From: Tolypothrix carrinoi HA7290-LM1
GTDB lineage: Bacteria > Cyanobacteriota > Cyanobacteriia > Cyanobacteriales > Nostocaceae
Assembly (NCBI GenBank): GCA_019358935.1
Contig: JAHHIK010000170.1
Span: 1 to 11,780 of the forward strand
Reading direction: 5' to 3'
DNA length: 11,780 nt
A program made the translations under genes and the position numbers. Below, piece by piece: positions 1 through 7,299 of this stretch (within the stretch, counting starts at the first letter, position 1; each line of letters starts with the position of its first letter). A model generated the notes under the pieces. The model had not been told where the DNA came from. It saw nothing but the letters and a program-made list of their open reading frames with translations, and ran no database searches.

Positions 1-125
1 CAATCGTATTGTATCGGGATGCAATCGCATTGTATCGGGATGCAATCGTATTGTATCGGGATGCAATCGCATTGTATCGGGATGCGATCGCATTGTATCG
101 GGATGCGATCGCATTGTATGGAGAC
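1..125. repeat. Tandem array of a 21-bp unit GCRATCGYATTGTATCGGGAT (about 6 copies, runs off the left edge)
   Basis: Units start at 21, 42, 63, 84 and 105 (the last degenerate), with a partial unit at 1-20. There are no spacers. Copies at 84 and 105 begin with the HIP1 octamer GCGATCGC. Confidence 0.95.
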
Positions 126-137
126 GCAAAATGTCAG

Positions 138-980
138 TTAACCAACAGGTACAGAGGCATCCGCCACAGACTGATTATCTAAAATAGGCTTGCGGTTTTT
201 TAGGTCAAATTTATATCCATTTGGCAAAATGTGCAGCTTGGCTCCGCAAACCGCCAAAGGCTCATCCTTCAAAATGTCGTCAATGTTGCTATGTGTAGCT
301 TCTGATTCATCGACGACGGTGACGCAACCTTGCCCAATCACTTCAAATTGGTTATCGGTAACAACCATTGCCGTATTCTCATCAATGCCGAATCCCAAAA
401 CGGCAGGCTCCATCAGCAAAGCTGAAATTAAGCGTCCCAAGCGTCCGCGCTGTGAGAAGTGCTGGTCAATCACCACCCCAGGCAAAAAGCCCATACCCGG
501 TCCCATGTCTACTACGTCAATCCGAGGATTTGTTTCTGAGTCGCCTTCTACAATCATGACATCTGGCATGACAGCGGCTCCCGCGCTTGTGCCACCGATG
601 ACAATTCCTTCTGCACAGCGTTTGTGAATTGCGGTATCAAGTTCAGTGCCTTTGAGGATGCTGGTGATCCGCGCTTGGTCGCCTCCTGTAAAAAATACGC
701 CTGTAGCTTTGTCAACTGCTTCCAGCGCTGTCGATGAAGATGCATCTTCACGGCTTTCGGTGTCAATTATCCTAACATTCTCTGCTCCCAGCCGCTCAAA
801 CACTTTGATGTAATTTTCTCCTACTTCTCTTGGCAGTTCGGTTGCTGCTGTCATAATGACAATTCTGGCTTTGGTGCCGCCAGAACGTCGCACAAACTCA
901 CGCAGGATCTGGCAATCGCCTTCTTTGTCTTCTGCACCGCCAATAATCACCAACTGCCGTTTGGTTTCAGTCGCCGCCAT
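138..980 (-). CDS. cphB: Cyanophycinase (peptidase S51 family), CphB2-type
   Basis: 280 aa with IIGGAEDK, FFTGGDQ, GTSAGA (nucleophile Ser), IDQHF (His), RGRLGR and GIDENT (Glu) motifs. GGAGG RBS just upstream. Divergent from cphA2, as in the known Anabaena cph2 cluster. Confidence 0.95.
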   Translation of the reverse strand: MAATETKRQLVIIGGAEDKEGDCQILREFVRRSGGTKARIVIMTAATELPREVGENYIKVFERLGAENVRIIDTESREDASSSTALEAVDKATGVFFTGGDQARITSILKGTELDTAIHKRCAEGIVIGGTSAGAAVMPDVMIVEGDSETNPRIDVVDMGPGMGFLPGVVIDQHFSQRGRLGRLISALLMEPAVLGFGIDENTAMVVTDNQFEVIGQGCVTVVDESEATHSNIDDILKDEPLAVCGAKLHILPNGYKFDLKNRKPILDNQSVADASVPVG

Positions 981-1024
981 GATGCCTCCGGATTTTTAAG
1001 TCTGTTATTTTAATAAAACACGAC

Positions 1025-1065
1025 AATTTAAACTAGAAAAACATCCATATGGTAGATTTAGATAC
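1025..1065 (-). promoter_or_regulatory. NtcA-activated (class II) promoter candidate for cphB2
   Basis: GTA-gatttaga-TAC at 1052-1065 is an exact GTAN8TAC. On the minus strand TAAATT (TAN3T; 1030-1025) follows after 21 nt. Confidence 0.65.
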
Positions 1066-1166
1066 AAAAATTAAATATCAAATGTAGTAAAGTTCTGCTG
1101 CACGCTGCTCAAAGTTGAGAAAGCTGATAATTTTGCTTAGAAAGTTTCCTAAATTATGGTTGAATC

Positions 1167-1212
1167 AAAAACATCTTACTGACGATCGCAAAATCGAATC
1201 GTCAGTAAGATG
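1167..1212 (-). terminator. Intrinsic terminator candidate downstream of the 67-aa ORF
   Basis: Perfect 15-bp inverted repeat CATCTTACTGACGAT (1172-1186) / ATCGTCAGTAAGATG (1198-1212), followed on the minus strand by 5 T (1171-1167). Confidence 0.7.
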
Positions 1213-1280
1213 CGATCAAATGCACCTTAAATTGTGTAAAAAAGTTCTACATCTCCGGGTAGATTTATCTGCAAAAATAT

Positions 1281-1484
1281 CTACCTAATAGAACTACTGA
1301 AAAGCAAGCCGTTTAAGAAAGAACGTGCCTGTTCTAATGGGAGATGTCTGGGTTTGCCCTCGAATAAAATTTGGAACTCCTTGCTGTCTGCACCATCACC
1401 ATAACCGGAAATAAGTTTGCGATGAAATGCTTCTTCAGCGAGGTGTCGAACTTCATTTCTAAGAGCAGCTTTTGTGCTATTCAT
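1281..1484 (-). CDS. Small hypothetical protein (67 aa) within the cyanophycin cph2 cluster
   Basis: ATG start with AGGAGA RBS about 9 nt upstream, protein-like composition and a terminator-like hairpin downstream. Confidence 0.75.
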   Translation of the reverse strand: MNSTKAALRNEVRHLAEEAFHRKLISGYGDGADSKEFQILFEGKPRHLPLEQARSFLNGLLFSSSIR

Positions 1485-1584
1485 TCTCGGCTGTCTCCTA
1501 AATTTTTCTTTTATAACTTATTAGTTATAAACAATATTATGTGCAAACTGCACCTTTCAAAGGTTATATATTTGGCGACGTACC

Positions 1585-1617
1585 AGAATCCCGGTTTCTT
1601 AGAGAAACCGGGATTCT
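1585..1617. repeat. Dispersed palindromic repeat (AGAAWCCCGGTTTCT type)
   Basis: Perfect 15-bp inverted repeat AGAATCCCGGTTTCT-tag-AGAAACCGGGATTCT with no U-tract. Resembles a common filamentous-cyanobacterial intergenic repeat. Confidence 0.75.
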
Positions 1618-1704
1618 ATGCCCTGAGATAGTTTAAAACCTATGGTATAAGGGATACGCTATGGTAGCAGAAATATTGAGTTTTATTTTTGACTTAAAGA
1701 CAAA

Positions 1705-1759
1705 GCGATACCTACGGTAAGCTACGTTCGCGAAGCGTCTCCCCTTGGGAGAAGATCGC
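1705..1759. mobile_element. Small dispersed repeat(s) (SDR-like) inserted in a HIP1 site
   Basis: GCGAT (1705-1709) ... GATCGC (1754-1759) flank a GC-rich island in AT-rich DNA. The internal TCTCCCCTTGGGAGA hairpin recurs in inverted orientation at 7322-7349. Confidence 0.65.
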
Positions 1760-2015
1760 ACTAAAAACACGGTTCGGGAATAATTTTACTACAATCAAAA
1801 AGTCTGAGTCAACGCAGAGGATTATCATGGATTGGGCAAAATGTAAATACCAAAATTGGGTGAAAATGCTTTGTTAATAACGCACCAGTAGTGAATTGAA
1901 GCGCGTGTTCGCTCAAAAAGTGCAAATTCCGGAAATTTGGGCATTTTGGTTATTTTTTGCTTGATTATCCTTAGCGTTGAGATTAAAGGGTGTTTAGCCA
2001 AGGGTATATAAATCA

Positions 2016-3926
2016 ATGATTCAAGAAAAAAGCACCGATGCAGTTCGCGTCAATGCGAGAAAAACAGATGTTTTCGACGTTTTCGGCTTCAAGCATTACA
2101 TGGGAGCAAATCCCTATTTGGAAACAGGAGCGCTAGTATTTAATTTTGCGCTAACTGAGTACGATCAGCCTTTGCCGATTGAGGACTATGTATCTGTGAT
2201 TGGCGATCGCTACCCCCAGATAAAAGAGCAAACATACGATTCTCATGCCGATTTATTTGCTCGTACCGTCGCAGAAGTCGGCAAACTGGATATGGGTTTG
2301 CACCTCAACCGTTGGAGTGTAAAAGCATACCCGAATTACAAAAAAATCAGCGTGCAATCGCTGCACGAACGCACCACCAGATCGGTACTTTACTTCGTTT
2401 GGGATTGGTTTGAAGCGATTACCCAAAAAGAAGATATTGCTTTTGAAGAGCAAATGCGGATGCTGCAAAACAGATTTCGCCAATCTGTTTACGGAGGTCC
2501 CACAGTCTACACCTTATTACGCACCGCATACGAAAAAGGTATTCCCACTTATTATTTATGGGAAGAAGGATTGATGCAATATGGCTACGGCAAAAAACAA
2601 GTTCGCGGTGTAGCTACCACATTTGATTGTGATGCACATTTAGATTCGGACTTCACCACCCGCAAAGATGATTGCAAAGCATTTTTAAACACCTTGGGTT
2701 TCCCCGTACCTCAAGGCGATATCGTCACTACCGAAAGAGAAGCTTTAAGCGTAGCCAGAGAAATTGGCTACCCAGTAGCAGTAAAACCCGTTGTCGGTCA
2801 TAAAGGAATTGGCGTAACCGCTGATATCCAAGACTCTAGAGAATTAGAATCGGCTTTTGATCGAGCACTGCAAGCGATCCCCGAAAACGAGCCAACGCGG
2901 ATCATCATTGAGAAAAGCATCTCCGGCGCAGATTATCGCTTGTTGTGCGTCAATGGTAGATTTGTCGCAGCTACCGAACGGCGTCCCGCATCAGTTGTCG
3001 GTGACGGATACTCAACTATTGGCGAGTTAATTCGCGAAGAAAATCGCAAACCCGCTCGCTGGGATACACCCACCTCGCCGATGAGCAAAATTCAAAGCGA
3101 TGAAGCGATGGAACTGTATTTAGACGAACAGCGCTTGTCATTAGACAGCGTAATCGAAAAAGGTCGCACAGTTTATCTTCGCAAAGTCGCCAATCTTTCG
3201 GCGGGAGGTGTGAGCATCGATGCCACGCGCACACTTCACGATGACAATATTATATTGGCGCAAGATATTGCCCAACACTTTCGATTAACTTGCTTAGGCA
3301 TTGATGTCATTACCAAAAGTCTCGACAAATCTTGGAAAGACGGCAACTTTGCCATTTTAGAAATCAACGCCGCACCTGGGATTTTAATGCATTTAAATCC
3401 TGCCGTTGGTGAAAGCGTTGATGTACCTTCTCATATTTTAGAAACCTTCTTTGAGTCGGGTACAGATGCGAGAATACCAATTCTCACCTTTAATAAAATC
3501 ACAGTTTCCGAACTTCAAGAAACGATTGACCATATTCTTTTGCAACACCCTGATTGGACAATAGGTGCTGTTTGTCAAAATGCAGTTTTTGTCAATCGCT
3601 CGAAAAAAATCTTCAACAAAGATTACAACAGCAACGTTTTAAGTTTGTTACGCAATCCCAAACTTGATTTACTCATAGCCGAATACGATGAAGAAACTTG
3701 GGAAAATGAGGGAATGTTTTACCAAGGAAGTAACATGGTAGTTCTGGATAATCCAACAGAAACCGAGATGATACTTGCACGAGATGTCTTCGATGGTTCT
3801 ACTGTGGTGATTAAGAAAGGAGATACCGTTTCTATTCGCCGCAAAGGTTTGATTGAAGAGTACAATTTGGGAACAGATGAACCGTTTACACGGGTTTATC
3901 TGAAAGAAATCGGCACAATTTTGTAA
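2016..3926 (+). CDS. cphA2: Short-form cyanophycin synthetase CphA2 (beta-Asp-Arg dipeptide polymerase)
   Basis: 636 aa. CphA-like N domain, ATP-grasp motifs (YPVAVKPVVGHKGIGV, DYRLLCVNG, ANLSAGG, LEINAAPG) and a truncated Mur-ligase-like C-terminus lacking the P-loop (RIPILTFNK instead of a GTNGKT-type motif). Adjacent to a cyanophycinase. Confidence 0.93.
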   Translation: MIQEKSTDAVRVNARKTDVFDVFGFKHYMGANPYLETGALVFNFALTEYDQPLPIEDYVSVIGDRYPQIKEQTYDSHADLFARTVAEVGKLDMGLHLNRWSVKAYPNYKKISVQSLHERTTRSVLYFVWDWFEAITQKEDIAFEEQMRMLQNRFRQSVYGGPTVYTLLRTAYEKGIPTYYLWEEGLMQYGYGKKQVRGVATTFDCDAHLDSDFTTRKDDCKAFLNTLGFPVPQGDIVTTEREALSVAREIGYPVAVKPVVGHKGIGVTADIQDSRELESAFDRALQAIPENEPTRIIIEKSISGADYRLLCVNGRFVAATERRPASVVGDGYSTIGELIREENRKPARWDTPTSPMSKIQSDEAMELYLDEQRLSLDSVIEKGRTVYLRKVANLSAGGVSIDATRTLHDDNIILAQDIAQHFRLTCLGIDVITKSLDKSWKDGNFAILEINAAPGILMHLNPAVGESVDVPSHILETFFESGTDARIPILTFNKITVSELQETIDHILLQHPDWTIGAVCQNAVFVNRSKKIFNKDYNSNVLSLLRNPKLDLLIAEYDEETWENEGMFYQGSNMVVLDNPTETEMILARDVFDGSTVVIKKGDTVSIRRKGLIEEYNLGTDEPFTRVYLKEIGTIL

Positions 3927-3951
3927 TTTTTTCAATGCATCGTTGCGGAAA

Positions 3952-4070
3952 GTAGCCGACACCCTATAAGGGTGCGGCTACACGTACAAAGCCTGCCTTC
4001 GCAGGCTCAAATATTTAAAGCCTGCGAAGGCAGGCTTTGTTTGTATAGTCTCAGGCTTCTAGCCTGTGGG
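3952..4070. repeat. REP/REPIN-like composite palindromic element between convergent cphA2 and DAHP synthase genes
   Basis: GTAG-started hairpin at 3952-3981. Perfect 22-bp inverted repeat at 3986-4007 / 4019-4040, each arm itself a hairpin (AGCCTGC-cttc-GCAGGCT). A further CAGGCT-tct-AGCCTG hairpin lies at 4052-4066. Confidence 0.8.
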
Positions 4071-4101
4071 TATTTTTGCGAGAATGCAATGAACTATCCC
4101 T

Positions 4102-5148
4102 TTACTTTAGCTTTGCATGTGCTGCCAAAATAATTTTTTCTGTTTCTTCCCAGCCAATACATTTGTCAGTTATAGAAACTCCATATTTTAAGTCTTCTGG
4201 TTGAGAAGAAATTGATTGACTTCCTTCATACAAATTCGATTCCAACATCATACCGACAATTGATGTATTGCCATCGACGATTTGTTGAATAACATTTTCT
4301 AAAACGGTAGGTTGCAATCTGTAGTCTTTATTTGAATTACCGTGACTACAGTCGATGACAATTCTGGGTGATAAACCTGCTGCTTTTAATTTTTCTTCCA
4401 CTCGTTGGACATTCGCAGCATCGTAGTTAGGTTGACCGTTACCACCACGTAAAATAACATGACCGTAGGCATTTCCTTTAGTTTGAAATATGCTAACTTG
4501 CCCTTTGTGATTAATTCCGATAAAATGGTGTGGACTTTTAGCTGATTCTAGGGCATTTAAAGCCACTTGAATATTACCATCAGTGCCGTTTTTGAAACCT
4601 ACAGGCATCGACAGTCCGCTTGCCATTTCGCGGTGAGTTTGTGATTCTGTGGTGCGTGCGCCAATTGCCGACCAAGAAATCAATTCGCTAATGTACTGTG
4701 GTATAATTGGGTCGAGCGCTTCTGTGCCGGCGGGTAATCCGAGTTCAGTAATTTGTAATAGTAGGGTACGTGCCATTTCTAAACCCTTTTCTACATGGAA
4801 AGAATCATCCATATCGGGATCGTTAATTAATCCTTTCCATCCGACTGTTGTTCTGGGTTTTTCAAAGTAAACCCGCATGACTAGCAGCAGTTTATCTTGG
4901 ACTTTCTCAGCCAGAGTTTTTAGCTTTTGGGAATAGGCGATCGCAGCTTCGGTATCATGAATTGAACAAGGACCAACTACGATAAATTTCCGCCTATCTT
5001 GAAAGTCAAGAATATGTCCTATTTCCTGCCTAAATTTTAAAACAGCTTCTTCAGCCGATTGTGTTAAAGGTAATTTTGTTTTTAGCTCCTCTGGTGTTAA
5101 TAAAACGCGGGAACTTTGAATGTTAGTGTCAAATAAATTCTTGTGCAT
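4102..5148 (-). CDS. aroG: 3-deoxy-7-phosphoheptulonate (DAHP) synthase, class I-alpha (AroF/G/H family)
   Basis: Motifs GPCSIHD, MRVYFEKPRT, IGARTTESQ, VGFKNGT, DCSHGNS and YGVSITD. Start placed at ATG 5148 (MHKNLF, 348 aa) rather than TTG 5187. The feedback isoform (F/G/H) cannot be assigned. Confidence 0.93.
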   Translation of the reverse strand: MHKNLFDTNIQSSRVLLTPEELKTKLPLTQSAEEAVLKFRQEIGHILDFQDRRKFIVVGPCSIHDTEAAIAYSQKLKTLAEKVQDKLLLVMRVYFEKPRTTVGWKGLINDPDMDDSFHVEKGLEMARTLLLQITELGLPAGTEALDPIIPQYISELISWSAIGARTTESQTHREMASGLSMPVGFKNGTDGNIQVALNALESAKSPHHFIGINHKGQVSIFQTKGNAYGHVILRGGNGQPNYDAANVQRVEEKLKAAGLSPRIVIDCSHGNSNKDYRLQPTVLENVIQQIVDGNTSIVGMMLESNLYEGSQSISSQPEDLKYGVSITDKCIGWEETEKIILAAHAKLK

Positions 5149-5283
5149 GAGGAGTATTTCGTAATTTGTGCTACGTCTTCGCGTCAAAATTCATATAGAT
5201 ATTTTAAAACAAAACTTATTTATAAATAGCAAATTTATCTCTTGATTAATTTATAGATCGCTAATAATTTTAATATAACTTCA

Positions 5284-5316
5284 CAAAAAAGGGAGAAATA
5301 TTTCTCCCCTTTTTTG
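5284..5316 (-). terminator. Intrinsic (possibly bidirectional) terminator after the GH13 gene
   Basis: AAAAAA-GGGAGAAA-ta-TTTCTCCC-c-TTTTTT: a GC stem flanked by A6 and T6. Confidence 0.8.
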
Positions 5317-5328
5317 CTTATTATCTAA

Positions 5329-5434
5329 CTAGTACTCATAGGCGGAAATAAAGCTACCATCTAAAATAGGCGCTCATGCTTATGGTATAAGTCTTTTTAC
5401 TTTTTACTTTTTACTTCCAAAGCAGCGGTACTAG
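5329..5434. mobile_element. MITE-like element with CTAGTAC...GTACTAG ends and internal heptamer repeats
   Basis: Terminal inverted CTAGTAC (5329-5335) / GTACTAG (5428-5434) with imperfect extension (GGAAA/TTCC). (TTTTTAC)x3 at 5394-5414. Ends 4 bp from the GH13 stop codon. Confidence 0.6.
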
Positions 5435-5438
5435 GGCA

Positions 5439-7097
5439 CTATTGCCAAACAAATACTTTCGCTTCGTATGGTCCCAAGTCAGTCAAAATGCCATCATCAC
5501 CAGCTTCGACATCATAATTACCTGTCCACTCGTGCCATGTACCACTTTCAGGGAAGTTAGGAACGTGATAGCCACCTAAGAAATTTTCTGAGAAATTGGC
5601 TACAACAACTACACGAGAACCTTCCCCATTCCAGCGACTATAAGCTAGCACTTTTGCCTCTGGGTTTTCGTGGATAAAGTCGATATTTTCAGTGTAGAGA
5701 GCGTGATTATCTTTACGCAGGTGAATTAAGCCTTTATAGTAATCAAACAACCCACGATTTAAGTCATTACCTAACAGCGTCCAATCGATTTTAGCTGACT
5801 CTTGACTTTTGGGTTTGTATTCCCCAAATTCTTCACCCATCCAAATCAAAGGTACACCGACTGCTGTCATGAGAATAGCAGCTCCCAATCTAGCTCTTCT
5901 AAAAGCTTCTTCATCAAAAATCTGACGATTTCCTAACTCGACCAGAACATGATTGTGGTCGTGGTTGGTGAGATAATTCACTACATTTGTAGCACCCATA
6001 AAGCCTTGACGCTTGCAGTCAATTACATCTTTGAGACGCTCTAAATCAAATGTATCACCGCAGATATGTTCTAAAATACAGTGATAGAAACTATCATGCC
6101 AGCATCCATCCATCGGTCCATCGACATTGGTGATGGAAGTAGTTTCTGGAATGTGTTCGGCAATGTTGTAAAAAGGCTTCATGTTAGCGGTGTTTTTCGC
6201 TTCCTGAACAATCCAGTGCATGAAGTCGTAGTTAGCAATTTGCCGCGCTGCATCGTAACGAATACCATCTGTATGATATTCCTGAATCCAATAACGTACC
6301 GTATCACCGATAAATTTACGAGCCGGAAAAGTTTCTAACTTCTCGTCGTAGAGTTCGTAATTAAACTCAGGTCCCCAGTTATTATCAGGGTCGCGGGGTT
6401 CATGATGATACCAATAATCGTGGTCGATTTGTGTTAATGGACTAGATGCTTCTGAATGGTTATAAATACCATCCATAATGACGCGAATGCCTCTACCATG
6501 ACACTCGTCAATTAAACGTTTTAATCCATCTGTAGAACCATAACTTGATTCTGTAGCAAAGAAGTGGCGAGGATTATATCCCCAGCTATAATCGCCAGGA
6601 TATTCTTTAAGTGGCATCAACTCAATAGCATTAATTCCTAATTCAGATAGATAATCTAATTTTTCTACAACATGCTTATACTTTCCTCGTGCGTAGGGGT
6701 CATCTTCACCACCAGAAAAGTCTGCAATGTGCATTTCATAAATAACTAATTCATGGTCAGCAGGTAAAGGTTTATCGTCGTGTTTCCACACGTAAGTATC
6801 AACAATTCTTTCACCATCTTTAACCCGCACGACACCGTTATCTTTACCAGTTGTTTCATCAATATCAGTTGCGTAAGGATCGGTGACATCCACCCATTGA
6901 TCTGCTTCAAAAAACCACGATTTTGACTGAACGCGGAATTTATATTGATAATCGCCGTCTTCTAATTCAACAGTTGTACGAAAATAACCATCATCGCCTT
7001 TTTCCATTGGAATTTCTTTCCAATCTGAAAAAGAACCAATTAACGCTGCTCCTTCGTTATATGGTGCAAATAAGTTAAATTCAATTGGCTTTGCCAT
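5439..7097 (-). CDS. GH13 alpha-amylase-family glycosidase with N-terminal CBM48-like domain (glycogen/alpha-glucan metabolism)
   Basis: 552 aa. FNLFAP...LIGSFSDW N-terminus, IYEMH, GINAIELMP, WGYNP, DGIYNH, GIRYDAA (nucleophile Asp), IAEH (acid/base Glu) and NHD motifs. Confidence 0.92.
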   Translation of the reverse strand: MAKPIEFNLFAPYNEGAALIGSFSDWKEIPMEKGDDGYFRTTVELEDGDYQYKFRVQSKSWFFEADQWVDVTDPYATDIDETTGKDNGVVRVKDGERIVDTYVWKHDDKPLPADHELVIYEMHIADFSGGEDDPYARGKYKHVVEKLDYLSELGINAIELMPLKEYPGDYSWGYNPRHFFATESSYGSTDGLKRLIDECHGRGIRVIMDGIYNHSEASSPLTQIDHDYWYHHEPRDPDNNWGPEFNYELYDEKLETFPARKFIGDTVRYWIQEYHTDGIRYDAARQIANYDFMHWIVQEAKNTANMKPFYNIAEHIPETTSITNVDGPMDGCWHDSFYHCILEHICGDTFDLERLKDVIDCKRQGFMGATNVVNYLTNHDHNHVLVELGNRQIFDEEAFRRARLGAAILMTAVGVPLIWMGEEFGEYKPKSQESAKIDWTLLGNDLNRGLFDYYKGLIHLRKDNHALYTENIDFIHENPEAKVLAYSRWNGEGSRVVVVANFSENFLGGYHVPNFPESGTWHEWTGNYDVEAGDDGILTDLGPYEAKVFVWQ

Positions 7098-7299
7098 AGA
7101 AGTATTTGTAGGAAAAAGTGTGATTGTTTGTATTCTCAGATTTTTTTTTTAATTAGCCAATAGCTCTTGCGAAGTAATTACATAAGTAATACCTCTATCT
7201 TAGGATATATTTTTGGAGGGAGACTTGATTTTTTTGTGGCGATCGCCTAGCTCTTCATTTAACAGCTTATAGTTACTTGTCAATACTCCTTAGGTATAG

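Noticed and set aside
1..125. CRISPR array
   Set aside because: The units are directly abutting with no unique spacers, and there are no cas genes in the window.
190..766. ORFs 190..627(+), 368..559(+) and 554..766(-)
   Set aside because: Antisense or alternate-frame shadows of the cyanophycinase gene with no recognisable motifs.
1236..1250. NtcA-like GTA...TAC
   Set aside because: The spacer is 9 nt, not 8. A similar site at 1645-1657 has a 7-nt spacer.
1371..2016. ORFs 1371..1631(+) and 1825..2016(-)
   Set aside because: They overlap the better-supported small gene, a palindromic repeat or the cphA2 promoter, and have no RBS or domain support.
2016..3926. Truncated or pseudogene cphA1
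   Set aside because: The length, intact frame and degenerate Mur domain are the normal features of CphA2.
2253..3962. Minus-strand ORFs 2253..2483, 3016..3234 and 3669..3962
   Set aside because: Antisense shadows of cphA2.
5149..5187. N-terminal extension of DAHP synthase from TTG 5187
   Set aside because: ATG 5148 gives a family-typical length and the extension looks non-conserved.
4649..6338. Plus-strand ORFs 4649..4870 and 6081..6338
   Set aside because: Antisense to well-supported DAHP synthase and GH13 genes.
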